A stretch of DNA of 64,000 bases, from positions 1,632,001 through 1,696,000 of the forward strand of contig OY761158.1 of assembly GCA_963664405.1 (NCBI GenBank). Direction: 5' to 3'. The notes under the pieces are model-generated. The model was not told the DNA's origin. It did not search any database and saw nothing but the letters and a program-made list of their open reading frames with translations. The DNA is from Thermoanaerobaculia bacterium. GTDB taxonomy: Bacteria > Acidobacteriota > Thermoanaerobaculia > Multivoradales > Multivoraceae. How positions within the stretch are numbered: the stretch's first letter is position 1; the number at the start of each line of letters is the position of its first letter. Below, piece after piece: positions 44,250 to 53,696 of the stretch. The translations under genes and the position numbers were made by a program.

Positions 44250-46262
44250 ATGAACGTGGCCAAGACGCTGCCCCTCTCCTGTTGCGCGGCGCCGCTGCTC
44301 GTCGCCGCTGCCGCGACTGCCGCCGACACCGACTGGCCCCACTTCGGCAACGACGCCGGCAATTCGAAATACTCGCCGCTGGCCCAGATAGACGCCGACA
44401 ACTTCGACCGGCTGGAGGTGGTCTGGGCCTGGGAGTCCGTCGACACCGAGATTCCGAACCTGCCCGACTCGATCAGGCCGCGGTCTTTCAAGGCCATTCC
44501 GGTGGTCATCGACGGCCGTATGTACGTGAGCACCCCCCTCGGTCAAGTGGCGGCGATCGACGCCGCCTCGGGCAAGCCGTTGTGGAGCTACGACCCGCAG
44601 AGTTGGGAGGCGGGGCGGCCGGCGAATATGGGGTTCCAGCACCGCGGCGTGGCGCTCTGGCGCAAGGGCGAAAAACAACGGGTCATCATGGCCACCCACG
44701 ACCGGCGCCTGCTCTCGCTCGACGCGACGACCGGCAGGCCGGATCCCGCCTTCGGCAAGCGCGGCGCGTTGGAGATGACCCCAGACCTGGGCCGCGAGAT
44801 CCTCGAGTCACGAACCACACACAGCTCGCCGCCGGCGATCTGTCGCGACACCGTGATCGTGGGCTCGATCGTGGGGGATATTGCCACGCATCAAGAGGCG
44901 CCGCCTGGCTTCGTACGCGCCTATGATGCCGAGACCGGCGCCCTGGCCTGGGTCTTTCACACCATCCCGCAGCAAGGTGAGGAGGGCAGCGAGACCTGGG
45001 AGAACGAGTCCTGGCGCTACAGCGGCAACACCAATGTGTGGTCGATGATCACCGTCGACGAAGAGCTCGGCCTCGCCTATCTTCCGATCGGCACGCCGAC
45101 GAGTGACCTCTACGGCGGTCACCGCCTCGGCGACAACCTCTACGCCGAGAGTCTGGTGGCGGTCGACTGCGAGACCGGCGAGAAGCGCTGGCACTTCCAG
45201 ATCGTGCACCACGGCCTCTGGGACTACGACCTGCCGCCGCCGCCGAACAGGATCGATCTGATGGTGGACGGCGAGCTCCGGAAGGTGGTGGCGCAAGCCA
45301 GCAAGCAGGCCTTCCTCTTCGTCCTCGATGCCACAACAGGAGAGCCGCTGTGGCCCGTCGAAGAGCGTCCCGTGCCTCCGAGTCAGGTGCCGGGAGAGCG
45401 CGCCTCGCCGACCCAGCCTTTCCCCACCAGGCCGGCCGCCTACGATCGCCAGGGGATCAGCACCGAAGATCTGATCGACTTCACCCCCCAGCTTCGGGAA
45501 GAAGCCCTCGAGATCGCCAGTGCGTACGAGCTGACCCCTCTCTACACGCCGCCTCGGGTTGCGGGCGAGGGTAAGCCGGTGATCCAGCTACCCGGTCCGG
45601 GTGGAGGCACCAACTGGACCGGCACCGCAGTGGACCCCGAGAGCGGCATGATCTACGTGCCTTCCTACGCCACCCCGAGATCCGTTTCGCTCACCCCTCC
45701 CGACCCCAATCGATCGGATCTGCGTTACGTACCCGACGGCTGGTACGAGTACGTCGATGGTCCTCGAGGTCTGCCGCTGGTCAAGCCGCCGTACGGACGC
45801 GTCACCGCGATCGATCTCGCTACCGGCGAGCACGTCTGGGTCGCGGCCCACGGTGAGGGGCCGCGCAACCACCCCACGATCAAGCACTTGGGGCTGGATC
45901 GGCTGGGCTCCCCGGACCGCTCAGCCGCGCCGCTGGTAACCAAGACTCTGTTGTTCGTCACCCATCGCGCCGAGAGTCTGTTGTTCGTCACCCATCGTGC
46001 CGTGAGCACAACCCGCGCCGATTCCCCCATCAGGGATCGACCGCCCGAGATCAGCGTTTACGACAAGAAGACCGGGGCCTACCTCGGCGGCATCGAGCTC
46101 CCCGCGACTCCCAACTCGAACCTGATCACCTACGAAGTCGACGGTCGCCAGTATCTCGCGGTGAGCGTCGGTGGCGGGAGGGAGGCTGCCGAGACCGACA
46201 GCACTCCTGCCGGTGTGGTCGCATTCGCCGGCGACCTACACTTCAAAGAGGGGGTAGAGTGA
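44250..46262 (+). CDS. PQQ-dependent glucose/quinate dehydrogenase-like protein
   Basis: YSPLAQIDADNF, PPGFVRAYD, GNTNVW, WHFQIVHHGLWDYD, TQPFPT; paralog of 14607..16616. Confidence 0.9.
   Translation: MNVAKTLPLSCCAAPLLVAAAATAADTDWPHFGNDAGNSKYSPLAQIDADNFDRLEVVWAWESVDTEIPNLPDSIRPRSFKAIPVVIDGRMYVSTPLGQVAAIDAASGKPLWSYDPQSWEAGRPANMGFQHRGVALWRKGEKQRVIMATHDRRLLSLDATTGRPDPAFGKRGALEMTPDLGREILESRTTHSSPPAICRDTVIVGSIVGDIATHQEAPPGFVRAYDAETGALAWVFHTIPQQGEEGSETWENESWRYSGNTNVWSMITVDEELGLAYLPIGTPTSDLYGGHRLGDNLYAESLVAVDCETGEKRWHFQIVHHGLWDYDLPPPPNRIDLMVDGELRKVVAQASKQAFLFVLDATTGEPLWPVEERPVPPSQVPGERASPTQPFPTRPAAYDRQGISTEDLIDFTPQLREEALEIASAYELTPLYTPPRVAGEGKPVIQLPGPGGGTNWTGTAVDPESGMIYVPSYATPRSVSLTPPDPNRSDLRYVPDGWYEYVDGPRGLPLVKPPYGRVTAIDLATGEHVWVAAHGEGPRNHPTIKHLGLDRLGSPDRSAAPLVTKTLLFVTHRAESLLFVTHRAVSTTRADSPIRDRPPEISVYDKKTGAYLGGIELPATPNSNLITYEVDGRQYLAVSVGGGREAAETDSTPAGVVAFAGDLHFKEGVE
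45947..46006 (+). repeat. 30-bp in-frame tandem duplication
   Basis: TCTGTTGTTCGTCACCCATCGCGCCGAGAG twice (2 mismatches), giving LLFVTHRAES-LLFVTHRAVS. Confidence 0.85.
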
Positions 46263-47770
46263 TGATGGCACTTCGATTCCGAGACTGTGTGCTCGCCGTT
46301 GCGTTGATCGCCGCGTTCGGCTGTCAATCTTCCGAACCACCCCCAGAGACCTCGGTTCCCCCACCGGCGCCACCGCCGCCGCCGAACATCGTCGTCATCG
46401 TCGGCGACGACCTGGGCTACGGCGATATCGGAGTGTACGGCTCGCAGATCCCTACGCCTCACATCGACCAGCTGGCGCGCGACGGCGTGCGCCTGACCGA
46501 CGGCCATGTGTCCGCGGCCGTGTGCAGTCCGATGCGCGCGGGTTTCCACACCGGGCGGTATCAGAATCGCTTCGGCTGGGAGTACAACCCCACCGACCAT
46601 GACCTCGGACTTCCGTTGGACCAGAAAACGGTCGCCAACCACTTTCAGGACGCCGGCTATGTCACCGGCCTGATCGGCAAGTGGCACCTAGGCGTGGCCG
46701 AGCCCTACCATCCACTCCACCGCGGCTTCGACGAGTTCTACGGCATCCTGGGAGGCGTCACCAGCTACATCGACTCCCGACTTCCAGGCACCCACGAGTG
46801 GCCCGCCGAGAGAGCCCCCACCACCCGCACCAGAGAGTCGCAAGTCATCCGCGAGGGCTTCGAGGTGATCGAGGTCGAGGACTATCTGACTGACGTCTTT
46901 GCCGAGAAGGCGGTCGACTTCATCGATCGCCACGCCGACGAGCGCTTCCTCTTGATGCTGACTCCCAACACTCCGCACACGCCGCTGCAGGCGACCGACG
47001 AGTACATGGAGCGCGTGCAGCACATCGAGGGCGATGGAGCGCGCGTCTACGCTGCGATGGTGGTCTCGCTCGACGACTACGTCGGCGATGTCGTCGCGGC
47101 CCTACGCAAGCACGACCTCGAGCGCGACACGCTGGTCGTCTTTCTCTCCGACAATGGGTGCATCAACTATTTGGCCGAGCCGATCTGCACCAACGCTCCG
47201 CTGGCGGGTCATAAGCGCTACCAGCTCGAAGGCGGCCATCGAGTCCCCTTCATCCTCAAGTGGCCTGCGGGCCTTCCTCAGGGCGAGGTCTACCGCGAGC
47301 CTGCCAGCGCTCTCGATCTCTACGCCACCTTCACCGCAGCGAGCGGCTTCGAAGCGAGTAGCCCGGACAGCGTCAATCTCCTTCCTCATCTACGCGGCGA
47401 GACCACCGAGCCGCCCCACGAGTTCCTCTACTGGCGCGCGGCACCGAATATCGCCATCCGCTGGGGCAAGTGGAAGATGTGGAGAGTGAACAACACCGAT
47501 ATGGAGATCCCTGCCGGGCCACCGGGCCAGGGCCTGCCGTTGGTGGAATACCCGCCCGACGTCTCACCTATGGGTCAGACCACCGTTCTCTACGATCTGG
47601 AGGCTGACATCGGCGAGACCAACAACATCGCAGATCAACACCCCGAGATCGTAGAGCGCCTGGAGAGTGAGCTCGCTGCCTGGGAGGCCGAGCTCGCCGA
47701 GCCACTCTGGGTCAACCGTCGCGGGACCCTGCACTCGCTTCACGGTCAAACGGTTCAGCTCTTCTTCTGA
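46259..47770 (+). CDS. Sulfatase (N-acetylgalactosamine-sulfatase-like) lipoprotein
   Basis: AFGC lipobox, DDLGYGD, CSPMRAG, GKWHLG, LSDNG, EGGHRVP. Confidence 0.9.
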   Translation: MMMALRFRDCVLAVALIAAFGCQSSEPPPETSVPPPAPPPPPNIVVIVGDDLGYGDIGVYGSQIPTPHIDQLARDGVRLTDGHVSAAVCSPMRAGFHTGRYQNRFGWEYNPTDHDLGLPLDQKTVANHFQDAGYVTGLIGKWHLGVAEPYHPLHRGFDEFYGILGGVTSYIDSRLPGTHEWPAERAPTTRTRESQVIREGFEVIEVEDYLTDVFAEKAVDFIDRHADERFLLMLTPNTPHTPLQATDEYMERVQHIEGDGARVYAAMVVSLDDYVGDVVAALRKHDLERDTLVVFLSDNGCINYLAEPICTNAPLAGHKRYQLEGGHRVPFILKWPAGLPQGEVYREPASALDLYATFTAASGFEASSPDSVNLLPHLRGETTEPPHEFLYWRAAPNIAIRWGKWKMWRVNNTDMEIPAGPPGQGLPLVEYPPDVSPMGQTTVLYDLEADIGETNNIADQHPEIVERLESELAAWEAELAEPLWVNRRGTLHSLHGQTVQLFF

Positions 47771-47799
47771 GGCCCCGCGGCCTACATTCCAGAGAGTCG

Positions 47800-48340
47800 T
47801 TGTCGCGGTCTCTGAGACACGACTCAGCCGGTCGCCATGAAGGCTCCCTGGGCGATTGTCGATACAAACGTCGTCGTCGTGCGCTTGACCGACTACGAAG
47901 TGTCCGGCTCTCCGTCCATCGGGGAGACACGCGCCGATACGGCGCTCGCCGCGATCCTTACCGCGATTGGCGAGCGTTCGTAGGCGAGCGCGCTAAGGGC
48001 AGCGTCCGGACCGCGAAGCTCGCGAGCCAGTGGGTTCCGAAGTAGTCGGCGACGTACATCGTCGCGGTCAAGCGGATGGTGGCAGTGGTGCTCGAACCGT
48101 CAGTTCGCGGCTAAATCGAGCGCTTTGATCTCACGTTTGTTGCGAAGATAGAGCTTGGTTCCGACCAAGGTCGGGCTCGTCCACGACCGCGCATCGAAGA
48201 GCTGCGTCGACGAGACCACATCGACGCCTTTCGGCGGGGATCGCCGAAGCGCAGGCCCGGCGTCTAGTCAGTGGTAGATCGGGAGGACCTCATCGCCGCA
48301 ACGGCGCGTATCCGCGCTCCGCCGGGCCACCGTCCATCCA
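47800..48340. pseudogene. Mosaic of short gene fragments (TA junction, serine hydrolase 3' end, DUF2891-like end, PQQ/BamB-like end)
   Basis: Homology to 33534..33609 and 56933..57062; minus-strand DYFGTHWLASFAV and WTSPTLVGTKLYLRNKREIKALDL*. Confidence 0.7.
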
Positions 48341-48387
48341 ATATTATGGATTGAGATCCAAAACCATGAGCCAACTTGCAGACCGCA

Positions 48388-48434
48388 ATACCATATGTTG
48401 TATTCGACGATCATAAGACCACGGTATATAGTAC
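48388..48434. promoter_or_regulatory. Tandem NrdR-box-like sites upstream of TBDR4
   Basis: ATACCATATGTTGTAT (48388) and CCACGGTATATAGTAC (48419); 31-bp spacing. Confidence 0.65.
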
Positions 48435-49024
48435 TCGATGCCAGCAGAGCGCCTGGTACGATTATCGCATTCATCTGAGCATAAAGGTCATTCTGACAGG
48501 CAGTCCGCTTCGAGCCGAACCCGGTCTCAAGCGAGACTGATGGTAGAAACCTCAGGAGAAAAGAAATGATGCAAGCTGCCACTCTCAGGTCAGTTCTCTG
48601 TCTCTTCGCCATCGCCTGTCTGGTTCAGGCGCCGCTCTTGGCGGACGGCCCGCAGACAGGAACCATCGACGGTACGGTGACCGATGCCCAGGGCGGCGGC
48701 CTGCCCGGCGTCACCGTCACCCTTACCGGACCTCAGAACACTAGAACGGAAATGACCGACGCCGAGGGAGACTACCGCTTCGCCCTGCTCCAGCCTGGGG
48801 CCTACGTGGTGAACGCCACTCTCGAGGGTCTTGGCACGGCCGAGCAGGCCGTCTCCCTCGAAATGGGGCAGCGCCACGACGTCGCGCTCACTCTGCAGGC
48901 AGCCACCTCCGAGACCATCACCGTCACCGCCGAGGCGGCGATGATCTCCAAGTACGACACCGGCGCCACCTCTGCGATCCCGGAGGAGGCACTCGAGAAC
49001 GTCACCTTCACCACGCGCAACTAC

Positions 49025-49102
49025 CTTGGGTTCAAGGGGTCGTCGCAACGTTGCCTTGGTGAGCAGAGTGTACAAACTCATCGAAGACTTCGGCAGGGGT
49101 TC
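49025..49102. mobile_element. Right-end fragment of the IS30-family element
   Basis: Near-identical to 49517..49594 (CTTGGGTTCAAGG.GTCGTCGCA...). Confidence 0.85.
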
Positions 49103-49516
49103 TGAGCGGTCACGGTTTCGTGGACACCAAGTTAAGCCCCATCGGGGCAGTTCCTATTCTGCATCAGTTCGGGTAGTCAGCTTCGGACGAGGCTGTGCGA
49201 GGTTCGGGGAGCGCAGCCTCCCTTCGGATCCGACCGCCGGTCGCGCGTGAGTTCACGCTGCCCCTTCGAAGGCCTCGGGGCTCAGGAATCCGAGCGTCGA
49301 ATGCTGGCGTCTCAGGTTGTAGAACACTTCGAGGTAAGAAACCGCTTCGTCGTGAGCTCGCTGACGAGTCTCGAAGGGTCGGTCCCAGACCTCGGTCTTG
49401 AGACTGTCGAAGAAGCTCTCCAAGACCGCATTGTCATAACAATTTCCGACGCCGGACATGCTGCAGCGAAACCGCAGCTCAGCCAGCCGATCCTGGTAAG
49501 CCTTCGAGGCGTACTG
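49103..49516 (-). mobile_element. IS3-family remnant (terminal IR plus 3' part of orfB)
   Basis: TGAGCGGTCACGGTTTCGTGGACACC end; QYAS...SMSGVGNCYDNAVLESFFDSLKTE...FYNLRRQHSTLGFLSP. Confidence 0.85.
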
Positions 49517-50968
49517 CTTGGGTTCAAGGAGTCGTCGCAGCGTTGCCTTGGTGAGCAGAGTGTACAAGCTCATCGAAGACTTCGGCAGGGGTTCTCCAGC
49601 CGAGGGTCTTGCGGGGTCGGCCGTTGAGTGCGAGCGCGACCGCGGCGAGGTCGTCGCAGGAGTATCTGACAAGGTCGGTGCCCTTCGGGAAGTACTGGCG
49701 TAGTAGTCCGTTGGTGTTCTCGTTGGTGCCCCGCTGCCAGGGGCTGTGCGGGTCGCAGAAGTAGATCGCGAGGCCGGTATCGACGCGGAGTTGAGCGTGT
49801 TGAGCCATCTCGGCGCCCTGGTCCCAGGTCAAGGACCGGCGGAGCTGCTCGGGCAGCGTGGTGATTGACACCGCGATCGCGTCACGGACGGCTTCGGCGC
49901 CGTGCCCGGCGAGGGCCGGCCCGTTCTTCACCCTCGATTCGGTCCCGTGCCCTTCCATGCGGGGCAGGTGCAGCAGCATCGTGAACCGCGTAGTGCGTTC
50001 GACGAGGGTCCCGATCGCTGAGCTCTCGAGCCCGACGATCAGGTCGCCTTCCCAGTGACCCGGCACGGCCCTGTCGCCGGCTTCGGCGGGGCGTTCGCTG
50101 ATCATGATCTCCGGAGTTACAAATTTCTTGCCTCTCCCCCGGGTTCGCGCATGCGGCACTCGTAGCGCTCGCCCGGTTCGCAGGCACGCGACGAGCTCGC
50201 GTTTGAGGGCTCCTCGACCTTGGATGTAGAGCGCTTGGTAGATCGCCTCGTGAGAGATCCGCATCGACTCATTATGGGGGAAATCAATCCGAAGCCGGTT
50301 CGAGATCTGCTCCGGACTCCAGGATTTCGCCCAACGCCGATCCTGGCGACGGCCGTGCCGACGGCCGATCCAACGCACATCCGGACCCGGCACCAGCTCC
50401 CCGTCAGGCCTTGCGATCACGCCGGCGAGGCGGTTCTGCACGTACTCACGCAAGGCATCGTTCGCGGCAAGCTTGGAGACCTTCGGACGGCTGGCGCGCC
50501 GCTCCGCGTGCCACTGCGCAGTCGTGGCCCGATAAGTTACGGCACGGCTGCGAGTCGCCGCGTTGCGGCGCAGCTCCCGCAAAATCGTCGACGGTGAACG
50601 ACCCAGGCGGCGAGCGATCTCACGTACCCCAACATGCTGAGCGTGAAGGATGGCGATCTCTTCACGCTCGGCGAACGACAGATAACGCCCCGACACCGGA
50701 GCCAACGAGATAGGTCGCATTCCACCAGCTTGCCTGAACCATCTCGACCCGACAGCCGGCGACACCCCAGCCTCTGTTGCGGCGTCCTCGCTGGACGCCC
50801 CACGAGCGATCGTCTCCCAGAACCGGATCCGGTCCTCGCGCCGCGCTGTCGAGGGCCGGCCAGGTGACCGCATCTGGCCACGCATCGCTCGAATCGCACC
50901 CTGACACTTGCCAACTCCCATCGAAACACCTCCATCACGAGATGTTGCGACGACCAGTTGAATCCGCC
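49517..50968 (-). mobile_element. Complete IS30-family element
   Basis: Imperfect IRs GGCGGATTCAACTGGTCGTCGCAAC / CTTGGGTTCAAGGAGTCGTCGCAGC enclosing the transposase. Confidence 0.9.
49524..50921 (-). CDS. IS30 family transposase
   Basis: LSFAEREEI..IARRLGRSPSTILRELRRN, GHWEGDL, TWDQGAEM, CDPHSPWQRGTNENTNGLLRQYFPKG. Confidence 0.95.
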   Translation of the reverse strand: MGVGKCQGAIRAMRGQMRSPGRPSTARREDRIRFWETIARGASSEDAATEAGVSPAVGSRWFRQAGGMRPISLAPVSGRYLSFAEREEIAILHAQHVGVREIARRLGRSPSTILRELRRNAATRSRAVTYRATTAQWHAERRASRPKVSKLAANDALREYVQNRLAGVIARPDGELVPGPDVRWIGRRHGRRQDRRWAKSWSPEQISNRLRIDFPHNESMRISHEAIYQALYIQGRGALKRELVACLRTGRALRVPHARTRGRGKKFVTPEIMISERPAEAGDRAVPGHWEGDLIVGLESSAIGTLVERTTRFTMLLHLPRMEGHGTESRVKNGPALAGHGAEAVRDAIAVSITTLPEQLRRSLTWDQGAEMAQHAQLRVDTGLAIYFCDPHSPWQRGTNENTNGLLRQYFPKGTDLVRYSCDDLAAVALALNGRPRKTLGWRTPAEVFDELVHSAHQGNAATTP

Positions 50969-53249
50969 TACAACACGAGTGTCCAAATGATGCCGGGCTT
51001 GGTAACCCGCAGGAAGCAGGACTTTGGCCGCCCTTCAGTTAACGGAGGCATCAGCACCGAGCTCGGCGTCTTCATCGACGGCGTCGACGTCAGCATGCCC
51101 CGTCGTGGCGGCGAGCTGCAATTTCAGATCCCGTCGACCGTAATCACCAATACCCGGATGGAAACGTCGGGTTTCGCCCCCGAGTACGGCCGCGCGACCA
51201 GCGGTGTCATGAACTCGACGATCAAGACCGGCACCAACACCTTCCACGGCGATTTTCTCTATATCGGCCAGAACCCGAAGTGGCGGTCCGAGGACTGGCT
51301 CGGGATCGAGCGTCCTGACGATCAGATCAACAGCTTCGAGGCCGGCCTCGGTGGGCCGATCTGGCGCGACAAGGCCTGGTTCTTCGCTTCCTACAACGAA
51401 CTGAATGACAACCGGCTCGACCGAACGCGGTCTGGCGACACATTCGATGTCACTCGCTCATCAGAACCGCTCATCGGCAAGGTGAACTTCCAGCCCGGGA
51501 GCCGCCATCAGGTCGCGGTGACGGCGATCGACTCGCCGTCCTCAGCGATCGGTGCCGGGGGAGTCGGCGACCAGTACGCCGTCATGACCTTTCCGATCAA
51601 CAACAGGATCCAGACCGGGACCTGGAGCTTCGCCATGACCAGCTCCGCGTTCCTCGAAACCAAGCTGGCCAACCGCGAACAGGTGGTGGGACGCGTTGCT
51701 GCCCCCCCCGCCCCGATCATCCCCGGCGTGTCTTTTGACGATCCCAACGGCAACGACTTCCGCTACCAAGATCTCAACGACGGTTTGCGATACAACGGTC
51801 CCTCGATACGCCTGGGCGCTGGGTTCAACGACTATCCGCGCGATCAGGCGAATGCCTCGGTGACCCTGTTCAAGGGAAATCACGAGCTCAAGGGCGGCGT
51901 CGACTTCCAGGACGTCACTTTCAACAACCTGACCAGCATCGAGACCGAGTTTCGCGGCCGTGGTTTCTGCCGAGAGTGCACCGGAGGCTTCCTCGCTCCG
52001 TCCACCAAGCGGGTCTTCGAGATCGGCCCGCCGGTCTCGATGAATAGCCTTATGAGTGCAGCTTATGTCCAGGACCGGCTGGACGTCGGTGACAAGCTGA
52101 CCTTCAACGTGGGGCTGCGCTACGACGAACAGTGGATCGACAACGACCTCAACGAGCGAGTCAACGAGTACAGCGAGTGGGCGCCGCGCGCAACCGTGGT
52201 CTACGACATCAACGCCGACGGCAGGCTGCTGGTGCGCGGCAGCTTGGGGCGCTACTACCACAACATCGGCCTCGGTGTCGTCTTCACGGAATTCACCCGC
52301 GGCAACAACGGTGAGAACATCTACGACCAGTTCCTCTTTAACTCTGCGACCGGGTTTTACGACCGCTTTCAGCGCCACGTCGAGCCGGTCGCGGGTGACG
52401 CCATCTCGGGCATCGTGCCCCACTACAAAGACGAGGCCTCGTTGGGCTTCGACTGGCAGTTCGCCGACAACTGGATCTTCACCTCGCGCTTCACCGTAAG
52501 CGAGATTGACAACATCTTCCACTCCAGCCTTCAGTACGACGAAGCTGGCGCAGTCGTCCGCGATCTGCGCAACTGGCCCAACAACACACGTGAGCATCAG
52601 GGTCTCACGATGAGGGTCAACCGAGCGTTTCGTAACAACTGGTCGATGAACGCCAACGTGAGTTTTCTCCCCACCGACGGCACCATCGATTCCATCACAG
52701 ACACTTCCGATCACAATGAAGCCATGGGTGGCTGCACGCTGCCGGGAGGAGGTGGCCTTTGCAACGTCACCAGCACATCCCTTTGGGACGGAGCGCTCGC
52801 GGTGGACAGGGATTACTTGGTCAACCTCGTCGGCATGAAGCGTTGGGTGTTCGGCAAGCATGACGTCATGACCAGTGCTTTCTTCCACTATTCCGCCGGT
52901 GAGGCCTGGGGATTGGCGCCCAGAGCGAATGTCTTTCACCCGGTGTCCGGACAGAGAGTCCGTACTACGGGTCGCCTCGAAGCGAGGGACGCCAATAGCC
53001 TCGAGGACTCCTACACCCTCAGCTTGAATGCGACCTACCAGTTCCCGATCGGGGGTAGGTTTCAGGGCATTATCGGCGCTGAGGCCTCCAACGTCACCGA
53101 CGAGTCGCACCAGGTCCGCGTCAACACACGGAACGGCAACCTGACCACTGGGCTCGATGCTTTCACTTTTCCGCGGGAGTTCCGCCTCAAGCTCGGTTTC
53201 AGGTTCTAAGCACGCCGAGACATAGATCGGTTTAGCTCAGATTCCGAGA

Positions 53250-53280
53250 CACCGGCGGCTTCGGCCGCCGGGGTTCTTTT
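53250..53280 (+). terminator. Rho-independent terminator (paralog of 38003)
   Basis: CCGGCGGC-TTCG-GCCGCCGG followed by GGTTCTTTT. Confidence 0.75.
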
Positions 53281-53298
53281 ATGTCTGAAGGTCACTCG

Positions 53299-53564
53299 AC
53301 GGCCTCGACGACTGGCCCGCGCTGCTGATCAACGGTCGAGGGTACCGGGTGCTGCGATCCATTCTGTGGGCTGGCCGGGTGTGGCGGGGCTTTGGACCAC
53401 CAGGCTCGCCATTCTGGTCGTCTTGTGCATCCCCGCCATGCTCTTGGGCGTGCGCCTCGGCGCTCTAGTGAAGCGGGTCGATCAAACCCGAGCGTTTCGA
53501 GCTCTGGGTCAGAGCCCTGCTGATCCTGATCGGCATTCTCCTCATCACCCAGACCTTGGTCGGG
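53299..53564. pseudogene. vapC 3'-end remnant joined to a frameshifted membrane-protein 3' fragment (TauE/SafE-like)
   Basis: 53299..53378 nearly identical to 39225..39304; then AGLWTTRLAILVVLCIPAMLLGVRLG... and RALLILIGILLI in a different frame. Confidence 0.6.
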
Positions 53565-53696
53565 CTAGGAGTCTGCGCGGCGGAATAAGCAACGGTGCTG
53601 CCCGAAGCGAATAAGAAGCAAGCTCAAAGTGCGCCGTCCTCGGCGCCAAAAAAGAACTAGGCGGAGGAAATGACAGCGATCATTTCTGGAGCCTAG
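53565..53696 (-). repeat. Intergenic repeat family 2, copy 5
   Basis: CTAG-bounded; AAGCAAGCTCAAAGTGCGCCGTCCTCGGCGCCAAAA core; right-hand CTAG is the TAG stop of the adjacent gene. Confidence 0.88.

Larger units (their letters stand above)
48566..53209 (+). pseudogene. TonB-dependent receptor TBDR4, interrupted by the IS complex (5' part 48566..49024, 3' part 50969..53209)
   Basis: ...FTTRNY | YNTSVQM... rejoins to give a close paralog of TBDR3; TAC is duplicated at both junctions. Confidence 0.92.

Noticed and set aside
50777-50968. 810-aa intact TBDR starting inside the IS
   Set aside because: The first ~64 codons are IS antisense sequence; there is no signal peptide, and the true 5' part is at 48566
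35271-53209. Diversity-generating retroelement behind TBDR variation
   Set aside because: No reverse transcriptase in the window; differences are not adenine-specific or confined to a C-terminal variable region
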